Numbered from the stretch's first letter, positions 22,044 to 32,069 are shown. The stretch: DNA of 64,000 nt from Candidatus Latescibacterota bacterium (GCA_965205485.1 OZ242180.1:1376001-1440000); one strand, 5' to 3'. Notes: a model not told the origin generated them from the letters alone. Made by a program: numbers and translations.

Positions 22044-23285
22044 CTATACGCGGTTTCGATCCGCCACTTCCCTGACGATCTGTGCGGCGAGTTCACAGTG
22101 TTCGGGTTCATAGCGTTCGCAGAATGACGTCCAGCGTACGAAGGACTCCAGAAAGCGCTGTGCATTGGGGCACGTATCCCCGCTGTACGTGTACTCTCCG
22201 GAAGCCGGCGGCCTGGAATAGGGATACTGCTTCTTCTCCGCTTTTTCGGTGAGAAAGGGCAGCGCCGGAGGCAACAGGTAATACCGTCCCATGCCCGCAC
22301 CCGGGATACCCGCGTCCGCGACCTGTTGCGCGAAGTCATCCGGTGTACATACAAACGCATCGGGATCGACGCTGAACCCGGTCATCCAGCAAGAGTAGAC
22401 GTTCATATAGTCCGGGATGGGAAGCGGCGTGATGCCCGGGATTTCATCCAGTTTTTCGGTGAGCAGGCGGATCATCCGGTCGCGCTGTTCCACGTTTGGA
22501 CGGATGATCTCGAGTTGCGCCAGGGTGACCGCAGCCGTGCACTGGGGCATGCGGTGGGCGAATCCGGGCACGACGTGCTGCCTTCCGAACCCCTCGAGCA
22601 TCTGGCCGCCGCGGCTGTGGCCGATGAAACGCATGCGTTCGGCCAGATTATCGTCGTTGGTCACCACACAGCCGCCAACGTCCGAACCCATGGTTTTCTC
22701 CGAGTCGAAGGAGAATGCGCCCGCATCGGAGAGAGACCCGGCCAGCCTTCCCTTGTATTCCCCGAAGACGGCCTGGCAGACGTCTTCATAGAGAAAGAGA
22801 CCGTGTTTGCCGGCGAGTTCGACAATGGGGTCCATATCGCAAATCGTACCGGTCATGTGCACAACCAGAATCGCACGTGTGCGGTCTGTTATACAGGGTT
22901 CAATCGTGTCCGCGCTGCTGATCATGGTACCGGCGTCCGTGTCCGCGAAAACGGGGATGTAGCTCTCCCTGATGATACCCTGCACGGTGCCGTAGTCCGT
23001 CGCTGAACTGACGATGATCTCATCACCGGGTTCAAAGTCCAGCGCGCAGGCCAGAACGGCCAGCGCGGGCGTGCACCCGGGCGTGGCAATGCAGTGTTCC
23101 ACGCCCATCTCTTCGGCGAACGCGTCTTCAAATCGCCCGATCATGTTGCACGTCAGACCGGAGTCGACCACCTCCTGGAGATAGGTCGTCGCGTTGGGTC
23201 CGATGGTGCGCGGAAAGGGCTGTGGCAGCGTGCCGGCAAGCCCCGCGGCGGCATCCGCGCCGTATCTTGCGCGTTCGACGGTCAT
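22044..23285 (-). CDS. DegT/DnrJ/EryC1/StrS PLP-dependent aminotransferase
   Basis: EDVCQA, AFSFDSEKTMG..GGCVVTNDD. Confidence 0.88.
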   Translation of the reverse strand: MTVERARYGADAAAGLAGTLPQPFPRTIGPNATTYLQEVVDSGLTCNMIGRFEDAFAEEMGVEHCIATPGCTPALAVLACALDFEPGDEIIVSSATDYGTVQGIIRESYIPVFADTDAGTMISSADTIEPCITDRTRAILVVHMTGTICDMDPIVELAGKHGLFLYEDVCQAVFGEYKGRLAGSLSDAGAFSFDSEKTMGSDVGGCVVTNDDNLAERMRFIGHSRGGQMLEGFGRQHVVPGFAHRMPQCTAAVTLAQLEIIRPNVEQRDRMIRLLTEKLDEIPGITPLPIPDYMNVYSCWMTGFSVDPDAFVCTPDDFAQQVADAGIPGAGMGRYYLLPPALPFLTEKAEKKQYPYSRPPASGEYTYSGDTCPNAQRFLESFVRWTSFCERYEPEHCELAAQIVREVADRNRV

Positions 23286-23321
23286 GATTCATCCTTTCCG
23301 GCAGTTCGCGATTCAGGAGGG

Positions 23322-24074
23322 TTATTTCTTCTCCTGCGCGGCGTACATTTCCTTCGAATAGACGTGTGGCTGTATCTCGTGGTTAGTTGCCTCGATCATG
23401 CCCTCGAGGTATTCCACGGTTTTCCCGACCGCGGCTTCAACCAGAATTTTCCCCAATTCTTCGGTCGCCTTCATGGGCTCCTGGTTTTCCTGGTCGTGCA
23501 TTGCATCGTGCCGGATGTTCTCCGGACAGATAACCATGGCCATGGCGGTTTCGTACTCGCCCGCGTGGCCGGGTACCCGGCTCGTGCAGTGTTGCTCGGC
23601 GATCTCACGACTCAGGTTCCAGTAGGAGTGGAACTGCACGTTGGCTTCCGGCGCGGTGAGCTGAAAGAAGAGCTGCCACTGCCGGAGGATGCCCATCATG
23701 GGCGCTTCGTTGCCCCCGTGCCCGTTGAGAATCAGCACGTTATTGACGCCGTGGCGCACCAGGCTCTCCACGGCGTCGAAAAGTACTGCCAGCCAGCTTC
23801 CTGGTTTTGCGGTGACGGTCCCCTTATGGATCATGTGATGTTCGGAGATACCGACCGCCATCGGCACGTTAACCACAACGTTGGGGTAGAGCCTACGGGC
23901 GGCTTCGGTGGCCACATAGGTCGACGCGCGGATGTCGTACTCCATGGCCAGGTGCTCGAGGTGCTGTTCATTGCTGCCGGTTGGGATGATGGCGGTACCG
24001 AACCGACCGGCTTCCAGGGCTTCCCGGAATTCTCTGCGGGTAAATTTGGCCAGCGCGACTTCCTGGTTTGACAT
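23322..24074 (-). CDS. Creatininase family amidohydrolase
   Basis: GSNEQH, GISEHH, NGHGGN, HAGEYET. Confidence 0.9.
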   Translation of the reverse strand: MSNQEVALAKFTRREFREALEAGRFGTAIIPTGSNEQHLEHLAMEYDIRASTYVATEAARRLYPNVVVNVPMAVGISEHHMIHKGTVTAKPGSWLAVLFDAVESLVRHGVNNVLILNGHGGNEAPMMGILRQWQLFFQLTAPEANVQFHSYWNLSREIAEQHCTSRVPGHAGEYETAMAMVICPENIRHDAMHDQENQEPMKATEELGKILVEAAVGKTVEYLEGMIEATNHEIQPHVYSKEMYAAQEKK

Positions 24075-24146
24075 GCCAATTCTCCTATTGAGACGTGAAG
24101 TTTTGTCCGGGAAACAGATCGTCTGTAATCGACCGCCGGGATTTAG

Positions 24147-24307
24147 TGTCCTGTCCCGAAAATTTCTCACCATTCGACCGGCGATTCATCCCGTCTCCCT
24201 GCGTTCCCCTCGCTCGCCGACCATACGCAGGTCGCCTGTGCTCGGGCGCCTTGCGAGCCGGGCGACTCGGCGGTCGAATTCAGGCAACTTATTTCCGGGA
24301 CAGAACA
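24147..24307 (+). mobile_element. MITE family B copy 1 (161 bp)
   Basis: TIR TGTCCTGTCCC...GGGACAGAACA, flanks TTAG/CCAG; same length and sequence family at 34462 and 45637. Confidence 0.9.
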
Positions 24308-24312
24308 CCAGT

Positions 24313-25608
24313 TCAAATCGCCGTCTTCCGGCGGGCAAAGTGGATGGTGTCGTCCAGCACGATCAGGGCCATATACGTCGTCACATCGGTACGGGATTCA
24401 TCCAGACCTGCAAGAACCCCGCGGAACCAGGTGCGCCGCTTTTCGTTCCAGGGTTCGATGGTGCCGATATCACGGTTGAAGTCGCTGATCTCGGAGCCGG
24501 ATTTGCCATGGTTCTTATTGAGCCACGCAAGGATCTCTTCGTCAGTACGGCCCGCCCTGATGAGATCGGTAAAGTCGCCCATGGAGAACCCGAAAAACTC
24601 CGCGATCTTCTTGTCCAGGCCGGAATCCTCCGCGTATTTGTACTGACCCAGCAGATCGTGGATTGCCGCTCGGCCCTTGTCAATCATCCGGGCCAGGCCG
24701 AACAGACCGCCCACGGAATTGTCATAAGGGCTTCTCGGCGGATGGCGGGTGAGATCTACAACGCCGAAAGACACCTCGTCATCCACGTCGAGCAGGTCGA
24801 ACCACGTGGTGATGTCGGTGCGTTTCGGCGCCGCATTCGCCAGCGCCGCCTTGAAGACCGCGCATTCCTTGATGTTCTCCGGACCTTTTCCGGATATTCG
24901 ATGGTTGAACTGCGATATGTCGCCTGAGTGTGCGCCGGTGTTTTCCCGGACCCAGTCCCCGAGTTCCAGGTCGTTCGGATTCTGGTAGGCAGCTTCCTGA
25001 AAGTCCTCCGCGGAGAATCCCAGAAAGTCCGTGATCGCCTGGTCTATCGGGCAGTTGTAGACATACTCTCCGGACGTTCCGGCCTGTTCCGCGCGGGCCT
25101 TGTCCGCCATTCGCGCCAGACCGAAGACCCCCGCGACGTCCCGGCGGTAGGGTGACCTGGGAGCCCTTTTCGCGAGATCCACGTCTCTGAAGTTGGCCCA
25201 GTCGTCCAGTTCGATGGACTGGAATACGGTGACGATGTCGGTTCGACCGGGCGCGAACTTCTCGATGCGGTCCTTCAGCCGCTGTTTGCCCGCTTCGTCG
25301 TCCGGCTCGCGCTGGAGATGGTACTGATTGAAAGCGTCGATCTCCTCGTCCGTCCGGTCCGAAACCTCCCGTATCCAGCGCGCGAGATCCGAATCGCCAT
25401 AGCGCCCGGCGGCATCGGCAAAGTCGTCGTGCGAGACCTCCAGAAATTCCAGCAGGATCTTGTCCAGGCCCGAATCGTCGCCGTACAAGAATTCACCCAG
25501 CGTCTCCTCATTGTAGGCACGGGCCTTATCGGCCATGCGGGCGAGGTTGACAATACCGGCAACGGAGACATTGGACGGACGGCGCGGCGGTTGGCGACTC
25601 AGGTCCAC
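24313..25608 (-). CDS. Triple DUF5069-like domain protein
   Basis: Three repeats of DL.R..PR.P....G...LARM.DK.RA....LG(E/Q)(F/Y).Y. Confidence 0.8.
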   Translation of the reverse strand: MDLSRQPPRRPSNVSVAGIVNLARMADKARAYNEETLGEFLYGDDSGLDKILLEFLEVSHDDFADAAGRYGDSDLARWIREVSDRTDEEIDAFNQYHLQREPDDEAGKQRLKDRIEKFAPGRTDIVTVFQSIELDDWANFRDVDLAKRAPRSPYRRDVAGVFGLARMADKARAEQAGTSGEYVYNCPIDQAITDFLGFSAEDFQEAAYQNPNDLELGDWVRENTGAHSGDISQFNHRISGKGPENIKECAVFKAALANAAPKRTDITTWFDLLDVDDEVSFGVVDLTRHPPRSPYDNSVGGLFGLARMIDKGRAAIHDLLGQYKYAEDSGLDKKIAEFFGFSMGDFTDLIRAGRTDEEILAWLNKNHGKSGSEISDFNRDIGTIEPWNEKRRTWFRGVLAGLDESRTDVTTYMALIVLDDTIHFARRKTAI

Positions 25609-25626
25609 ATGACTTCCTTTCTCAGT

Positions 25627-25857
25627 CTACCATTCATTATAATCTACTCGTTCGCAACCCTTTTCAATCGCTTGAGCCATTTCTTCAAGGTTAGCCTTGT
25701 CGATCGCACCAGCGAACCTCAACAGGTATTTCCCTTGAATTCCTGCCGATTGGACGTGTGACAATGAACGGGCAAACTCCAGCACCCGTTTCTGCTGTGA
25801 CACGTTCAACTTGTGAGTCTCTTCAAGGATGTCTTTTTCTATAGATGTATCTTCCAT
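25627..25857 (-). CDS. Small putative antitoxin (VapB-like, orphan)
   Basis: 76 aa ending GCERVDYNEW; recalled as typical upstream of PIN toxins. Confidence 0.55.
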   Translation of the reverse strand: MEDTSIEKDILEETHKLNVSQQKRVLEFARSLSHVQSAGIQGKYLLRFAGAIDKANLEEMAQAIEKGCERVDYNEW

Positions 25858-26031
25858 GTTTTCGCTGCAGTTCCATACGACGGTGACCAGTCAAGTTTGG
25901 AATTCGAACGACATTCGACGTACAACCATTGCCCAAGCCCCTGCTCGGACTGTGTCCGAATTAATACAAGCGACAGCCTTGAAGAACTTTCACCGTCATT
26001 TGCATTTGTCGACCTACTCGCGGACACTTCG

Positions 26032-26286
26032 TCACACGGTATGCGCAATGGCATCTGCTTCGATTTCCGCTCGGTCTACGGCGTAACCTGCCGATTTGAC
26101 ATTTGCGATCGCTGAAAGAATCGTCGCTTCGAGGGAAACACCCTCACGGCAAAAATCAATCGAGAAGACTCCGTCGCACACTCCGGGCGTTCCGTCGTCG
26201 CATCCGGCCTCGAACAATTCGTCCGCGATTTCTTCGGTCAATTCAAATTGACCCTTTAGTATCAAGGCAAATTCGTACTTTGCCAT
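26032..26286 (-). CDS. Small acidic protein, putative antitoxin partner
   Basis: YEFALIL...LFEAGCDDGT...IDFCREG; ATG at 26286. Confidence 0.65.
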   Translation of the reverse strand: MAKYEFALILKGQFELTEEIADELFEAGCDDGTPGVCDGVFSIDFCREGVSLEATILSAIANVKSAGYAVDRAEIEADAIAHTV

Positions 26287-26312
26287 TGCAAAAGTCCTTT
26301 CCAACCTACCAC

Positions 26313-26543
26313 CTACATTAAGTAATGCGGACACCTCGCAACGGACCGTCGGATTACTCTGGCATGGTCTTCAGGACTCCTTGGCGTTGAGTAAACAGCC
26401 CTGACACAGCCGCTCCGATCCCGTAGCGGGCAAAACAGACGGCCCCAGGTGTGGGCGCGTGGCCCCGCTTTTCGGAACGTCCACCCGTGTTCCAGGGCGT
26501 ATGCAATGGCCGCACGAATGTGTCTGTTGGGATGATCTGACAA
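26313..26543 (-). CDS. Small basic protein, HicA-like putative toxin
   Basis: HPNRHIRAAIAYALEHGW...AHTWGRLFCP...VYSTPRSPEDHA; start uncertain (TTG 26543 or ATG 26561). Confidence 0.6.
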   Translation of the reverse strand: MSDHPNRHIRAAIAYALEHGWTFRKAGPRAHTWGRLFCPLRDRSGCVRAVYSTPRSPEDHARVIRRSVARCPHYLM

Positions 26544-26629
26544 TAGTACGCAAACCCCCATGCACTGTCAAGGAATCCGGGAAGTCGCAACCGGTCCTTG
26601 ATCAGTGCGCAGGTTGCCCGTGTTCGCAC

Positions 26630-27256
26630 TTACGTATTCATTCTGGTAAGCATATCGCGGTCGTTGAGGAAGGGGACGGAGCCGTCCAGAAAGGCCTGGA
26701 GAAGGTCGTCCGGGGTCAGGTCGGACGTATCGATTTCAAACTTGCGCATGATCCAGCAGGCGCTGTACTCCGCCTGGAATTCATCCAGGATTACCTGGAT
26801 GTCTTCCCTGGGGACGATGTGATATGTATGGCGGTCCTCTTCCATGCGTCTCTCGATCACGTCGACGCCGGATTTGAGATGGACCAAAATGGTGTCCTTC
26901 GGCATTTCCGCTTCCCAGGCTCTCGGCGTTTCGGAGAGGCGGCCCACGGCGGGGTAATAGTACCTGGGGCCGTAGATGTATTCCTCGATGTGAAAACCGC
27001 CCAGCAGAATGTGTTCATATTTGTTGATCAGCCGGACGTGGTAGGCGAGCTGGAACCGCTGGTAACGTTCCTTGATGGCTTCCGGCAGACCCAGCATGAT
27101 CCGCTGATCGCCTTCGGTCTTGAGCATCTGGCAGTCGGGAATGCTGAAGTGATCGTCCAGGTGATGAACGATGCCCCGTTCGCGCCCCCACTGCATCAGG
27201 CCGTCGAAAAGGGTTGTTTTTCCGGTGTACTCGCAACCGATCGCGATGATGCGCAT
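26630..27256 (-). CDS. P-loop nucleoside/nucleotide kinase-like protein
   Basis: N-terminal IIAIGCEYTGKTTL Walker A; C-terminal EIDTS. Confidence 0.7.
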   Translation of the reverse strand: MRIIAIGCEYTGKTTLFDGLMQWGRERGIVHHLDDHFSIPDCQMLKTEGDQRIMLGLPEAIKERYQRFQLAYHVRLINKYEHILLGGFHIEEYIYGPRYYYPAVGRLSETPRAWEAEMPKDTILVHLKSGVDVIERRMEEDRHTYHIVPREDIQVILDEFQAEYSACWIMRKFEIDTSDLTPDDLLQAFLDGSVPFLNDRDMLTRMNT

Positions 27257-27271
27257 AGCGAAGTCTCCTTA

Positions 27272-27459
27272 GAAGCTGTTTTAAAATTCCCAGCGGTCTT
27301 CGCACGGCTGCAAAAGCGCCGGTCGGCGTTGGTCAAATCCACCCAAGAGTGGCGAGGGGCGCGCAGCCACGATACATTGAATATGGGCGGATTTTCCCGC
27401 CTTGACCGCCACTTTTTCGCTCGCGCTCGGGAACTCACCGGTAATTTTAAAACAACTTC
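27272..27459 (-). mobile_element. MITE family A copy 2 (188 bp, with nested mini-hairpin)
   Basis: Same TIRs, flanks TTA/CTA; ends 15 bp upstream of the kinase start codon. Confidence 0.9.
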
Positions 27460-27522
27460 CTAATGAATCAGCCGACGCGCGCCACGGGACACGCTGAGGC
27501 ATGAAGTGTTGTGATGCAAGAT

Positions 27523-27645
27523 CGGGTAGACGGTAGAGGTGAGACGTTAGAAGAAATCATCGCCCGGTATGTTATTCCTTCTTGCCTCCGGCAGGAAAAG
27601 AAACTCCACAGGGCAGGTAATCTCTCCCGTCTTACGTCTCACGTC
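27523..27645. repeat. ~120 bp hairpin repeat with AGACG-type heptamer arms
   Basis: Related to 36257-36390 (shared ttcttgcctccggca...gcagg.aatctct) and more loosely to 59327-59445. Confidence 0.65.
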
Positions 27646-28415
27646 TTCCTCGGGGTCGTTGTGATGGGCGGAGTAACGGCCTGAATGAACGCGTTGACGC
27701 GGTTGGCGTCGGTGACATCGTGTGAAAATTCCGGGGGACGCAGCTCGCCGCCCATGAAGGCGTTCGGGTTGCGAAACGTCATCCGGCTGGGAACGCTGCC
27801 GCCCGCGGCGACGTGGATCTCTCGGGCGCCGGTGCCGGCCACGACTTTAGCGACGTTGCGTTCGGTAATACCGCCGCCGGGCATGATCACGATTCGTCCG
27901 GCGGCCTTCTCGATCAGCTCCGCGATGAGATCGATCCCTTCCAGCGCCGAGATTTCCTGGCCCGAAGTGAGTACCCTGTCCACGCCCAGCGAAATCAGTT
28001 CGTCCAGCGCCCTGAGGGGATCGGCGGTCATATCGAACGCCCGGTGGAACGTCACCGGAAGCGGGCGGATACGTTCGACGAGAGCACCCGTGCGCTCCAC
28101 GTCGATCGATCCGTCCGGATTCAGAAGGCCGATCACAATCCCGTCGGCGCCACCTTCGGCGGCAGTTTCGACGTCCCGCGCCATCGTTTCGAACTCGACG
28201 TCGGAATAGCAGAAGTCGCCTCCCCTCGGCCGGACGATCACGTTGAGCCCGATGTCGATATGCTTGCGGGCAACATGAATGGCGCCCGCGCTGGGCGTGG
28301 TGCCGCCTTCGATCAGGTTGTCGCACAACTCCACCCGGCGGGCCCCGCCTTCCTGGGCGGCGATGGCCCCCTGCGCGGAACCGACGCAGATCTCAAACAG
28401 TACTTGCGTGTTCAA
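27639..28415 (-). CDS. cutC: Copper homeostasis protein CutC
   Basis: ELCDNLIEGGTTPS, RPRGGDF, TFHRAFD, RVLTSGQ; TTG start after GGAGG. Confidence 0.95.
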   Translation of the reverse strand: MNTQVLFEICVGSAQGAIAAQEGGARRVELCDNLIEGGTTPSAGAIHVARKHIDIGLNVIVRPRGGDFCYSDVEFETMARDVETAAEGGADGIVIGLLNPDGSIDVERTGALVERIRPLPVTFHRAFDMTADPLRALDELISLGVDRVLTSGQEISALEGIDLIAELIEKAAGRIVIMPGGGITERNVAKVVAGTGAREIHVAAGGSVPSRMTFRNPNAFMGGELRPPEFSHDVTDANRVNAFIQAVTPPITTTPRKT

Positions 28416-28496
28416 TTTGCACCTCCGTGCGTGATGTCGGGGATTCCGGGCGGACATCAGAAAGAGCCCCGCGACAGCGCCGGCCGCGATTCGTGT

Positions 28497-31400
28497 TCAA
28501 TCCTGCGCAATATACCCGAATTCCATGTCGTCCAACCACAGGACCTGATCGGGTTCTCCTCCTGATTCGAACGCGACGGTCACGGTTGTGTACCCCGGTT
28601 GGACGTCCAGCTCCGCCCCGTATCCGGTCCACGCCCGGGCGGGTCTGACGGGGACGTCGAGATGGGTACCCTGCTGTCCGGACACGGACACGCGGGCATG
28701 GGTGGCCGTGCCGCGCGCCTTGAATCGCATGTGATAACGGCCGGCCTTGCGCAGGCGCATCGGACGGCTCCTGAGCGACATGGGGTCCGTGTCCCGCGTA
28801 AATTTGAGGCAGGCGTTTCCTTCCGTAGCATCCTCGACGCTCCACGCGGGCCAGCTGAGATCGTGGGTGCGGGAGTGCTGCACGTTCCAGTAACGCGGCG
28901 GGTAATCCACGATGCCGGCTTCGAAACCGCCGTTGCAGAGCAGGTTGATGATTCTGCCCCGGTGGCTCTCGACAAGGAATGCCCGAAGATCCGGTCGGCC
29001 GTCAGGCGGATATCGTACGAAGACTTCCGCTCCTTCTCTAAGGCAGGCCCTTACGTGGCCCTTCCCGTACACGCTCACGTCCGGGTCCCAACGGTCCTGA
29101 ATAAGCAATTCCGCGCCTTCAGCGACGAGTTCGTAGACACCCGGCACGCACGGCGTGAACTCTTCGAAGGCGATGATATCCCCATTGTCCGCGATGGCTG
29201 TCTGCAGGGCCACAGTCTGCCGGCCGTCACCGTCGGGTAGCGTCAGGTGAAGCGGTTCCGGGGTCTTCGTCAGATCCGCGACCGGGTCGATCCACAGGAC
29301 GGACTCGCCAGCGTCCACCAGGTCGACTTCAACTCTCCCGTCACGCCACGTGAAATCGATGGGACTCGCGTTCTGCGGACGCGCCGGCGGGGAGACGTAC
29401 ACCGAGCCCGGCGCACGGGGAAGATGGATGGAGACACGCACAGGCGTCCGATGCCGGACCTGGATCTGCGCGGCAGCGCTATGGCGGTTGTAGCTTGCCG
29501 CCGCGTCGCATTCCGCATCGGCGGTCAGGAGAATCTCACCATCCTGGCTGAGCCGGGCGCCACCGTGAAGCAGCCAGCGATCGAGCCGGTTCCCGATATG
29601 GCTGACGTTGACGACCCTGCCGTCCGTATGAATACCCACGCCCTCAATGGCGCCGCCCTCCCGGTTTCGAAACAGGACGCATTCGGAGCGGTTCCCGGAC
29701 TGAAAGCTGACGCCATCGGCCCGGTCAGTCTCCAGGCGGCGGATATTATCGACTTTCGGGCCGTCCGTATCCTTGTACGCATGCAGGACCGCCAGGATTT
29801 GCTCGCTGGTCTTCTTCTCAGTCGTGGCCCGGATGTTCCACTGCTGGGGGAAGGCTTCGGTAACCCGGCACCAGTCGCGCGTCTTCAAAGGAAACGGCCG
29901 GTCGTTGTTCTGTATGTATTTCAGGGGGCCGTCCGCCAGGTGCCGGACCAGGAGCCGCTGGTTCCGCTGGCGGATGGTCATGGATTGACTGACCTCGTCC
30001 ATATCCGCGCGTTCGAAGGTGTTGAGCGTCCAGGAGAATTCCCGCGGTTCAGACGCTTCAAGGTCGTCGCAGATGACAAAGACGTCCGGGCGGATGAAGA
30101 GAACACGCCGTTGGAACTTCTCGAGCAACTCCCCGTACGCGCCGGAAGCGTCGCCGGTGAAGAAGCAGGCGTCTGGCGTATTGAAAAGAGCGGTTATCTC
30201 TCCCTTGTGGGCGATGCCCCGGCGCTGGCTTTCGCCGTCGACGAGGATGGCGTTATGCGCCTGTGTCGTCCGGGTCCATTGGGCGTGGTACGTGTCCCCG
30301 TAATAGGTGTAATATCCCGCGTCGCAGCAGAGTATCTCGCCGCCGGCGTGGATGACGAATCCGTTCTGGTCCTGGTGTGCGTGGCTGTGATCGCCCCACT
30401 GGCTGCTTCTGAAGAAGATGCGGCTGCTTCCGTGATCGTAGAACCTGTCGTACGCCGCGAGCTGGCCGACGTCGGGGAACAGGCGGGCCTGCACGACATC
30501 AACCGGCGGCCTGGGCCTGACGCCGCTGTCGGAGAGATACTGGAGCGGGAGATGCACCGGGTTGCAGACCCGTGAATCGCTCCACCACTTGACCGTGGGG
30601 TCCCCGGTCATCGCGGCCAGAAAAGCGGAAACGTACGTATCCGCATCGCTGCCGAAATTGGGATCGATCAGGGAATAGCAGTCTCCCCAGTGGTTCCACC
30701 AGTAATTGAGGGACATACAATACAACCAGAACGAACCGGTATTCTGCCACCGGGGTTCGCGGAAGACGTCCAGACCCGTTGCGGTCTTGAGTGCGGCCAG
30801 TGCCTCGAGGATGAACTGCACTTTGTGGCCGTATTTCTGACCCTCGGTATACCCGCCGTCGCTGCTTCCCCACGCAACTCGGTTGGCGTACTGGCGGATG
30901 AGGTAGTCGGCCCACTCCCGTGTACGCGCGGATTCGGTAGCCACGGCCAGGACCGTGGGAAGCAGCGCGTGCATGCACTGTTGCCCGTGGGAATTCTGGT
31001 AGTTCAGATGGATCTGAAGTCCTTCCCGGATCCACTTATAGGCCGCTTCGCAATGATACACGATGTGGTCCAGAATCGCTGAACGTTCCCGGGTCGTAAG
31101 CAGATCGTAGAGTCGATCGTACGCGAGGGCCATTCCCTTCAATCCGTATTCGTAGCAGTAGACGACGGTATCGTGCTGCCCGCGGTCCTCGAGGTGGACG
31201 TCCACGCGGAATTGAGCCAGAAAAGCCATCCACCGCCGCGCGGCCGCGGCATACTTTTCGTCGTCCGAGATCAGATACGCGAACGAGAGCGCATTGACGG
31301 TATCGGCGCCCCTCTTGAGTTCGGCGATCTGAAAGTCCGCCGGGAACATGGTGCGGCCGTCTCTCAGATGAAAGACCTGGCCGCGGCGTTCCCCCAGGTT

Positions 31401-31925
31401 CGCGGGCACGGACTGCAGGTTCAACCCGGGCGGGGCGATCTGAACCAGGGCGTCGGCCCGGTGTTCGAGGTGGCGCCAGGCTTCACGGCCCGGCCCATGC
31501 CTGCGGTCGCGGAACTCCTCCAGGGTTTCAGGGGTTACATAGATACGGGGATGGTCCGGCATCGCGTCGAGGATTCGCTCCGACGGGGGCACTGCAAGCG
31601 GTACGGATTCGGGCGTGACGTGAAAACGCCGCACGGGGCCGGGCAGGGACCGCTCGCCCTCTGGTGTCACAACGAAGTAACGCCAGTACCACGTTCCGCG
31701 GTCGAATTCGACCGGCGGGTTGAAGAACGGCATGTCGATGCCGGCGAATCGGAAGATTTCACCCCTGAAATCGGGACGCCTGCCGATCTCCACGATGTAT
31801 GTGGCGGCCCTGTCGTCCGCGCGCCAGATCAGGGACGGGGGATTCTGGATCGAGATGGAACCGTCAGCTGGCGTGATCGGCGGGTGCCGGTCGGGCTGAG
31901 GCGACGTGTCGACGGCGAAAGCCAA
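28497..31925 (-). CDS. DUF4962 + heparinase II/III-like protein with C-terminal carbohydrate-binding-like domain
   Basis: HPRIYVT, SHAHQDQNGF, DAGYY, AHNAILVDG; C-terminal NLLCNGGFE...WLDD; start inferred from AGAGGA RBS. Confidence 0.8.
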   Translation of the reverse strand: MAFAVDTSPQPDRHPPITPADGSISIQNPPSLIWRADDRAATYIVEIGRRPDFRGEIFRFAGIDMPFFNPPVEFDRGTWYWRYFVVTPEGERSLPGPVRRFHVTPESVPLAVPPSERILDAMPDHPRIYVTPETLEEFRDRRHGPGREAWRHLEHRADALVQIAPPGLNLQSVPANLGERRGQVFHLRDGRTMFPADFQIAELKRGADTVNALSFAYLISDDEKYAAAARRWMAFLAQFRVDVHLEDRGQHDTVVYCYEYGLKGMALAYDRLYDLLTTRERSAILDHIVYHCEAAYKWIREGLQIHLNYQNSHGQQCMHALLPTVLAVATESARTREWADYLIRQYANRVAWGSSDGGYTEGQKYGHKVQFILEALAALKTATGLDVFREPRWQNTGSFWLYCMSLNYWWNHWGDCYSLIDPNFGSDADTYVSAFLAAMTGDPTVKWWSDSRVCNPVHLPLQYLSDSGVRPRPPVDVVQARLFPDVGQLAAYDRFYDHGSSRIFFRSSQWGDHSHAHQDQNGFVIHAGGEILCCDAGYYTYYGDTYHAQWTRTTQAHNAILVDGESQRRGIAHKGEITALFNTPDACFFTGDASGAYGELLEKFQRRVLFIRPDVFVICDDLEASEPREFSWTLNTFERADMDEVSQSMTIRQRNQRLLVRHLADGPLKYIQNNDRPFPLKTRDWCRVTEAFPQQWNIRATTEKKTSEQILAVLHAYKDTDGPKVDNIRRLETDRADGVSFQSGNRSECVLFRNREGGAIEGVGIHTDGRVVNVSHIGNRLDRWLLHGGARLSQDGEILLTADAECDAAASYNRHSAAAQIQVRHRTPVRVSIHLPRAPGSVYVSPPARPQNASPIDFTWRDGRVEVDLVDAGESVLWIDPVADLTKTPEPLHLTLPDGDGRQTVALQTAIADNGDIIAFEEFTPCVPGVYELVAEGAELLIQDRWDPDVSVYGKGHVRACLREGAEVFVRYPPDGRPDLRAFLVESHRGRIINLLCNGGFEAGIVDYPPRYWNVQHSRTHDLSWPAWSVEDATEGNACLKFTRDTDPMSLRSRPMRLRKAGRYHMRFKARGTATHARVSVSGQQGTHLDVPVRPARAWTGYGAELDVQPGYTTVTVAFESGGEPDQVLWLDDMEFGYIAQD

Positions 31926-32040
31926 GGTCCGGTATCCTCTGGAATGTCGAAGTAAAGCGATTGAATGAAAGTGAAATCTCGTCGTTCTCGCGGTGTACGT
32001 GGCACAATATACCAACCCCTTCGGTACACGGGCAAGCACC

Positions 32041-32069
32041 TTGACATGCCGTTGGCGCCGGGCTATCTT
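32041..32069 (+). promoter_or_regulatory. Sigma70-type promoter
   Basis: TTGACA-17 bp-TATCTT upstream of the lipoprotein/DUF350 genes. Confidence 0.55.
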
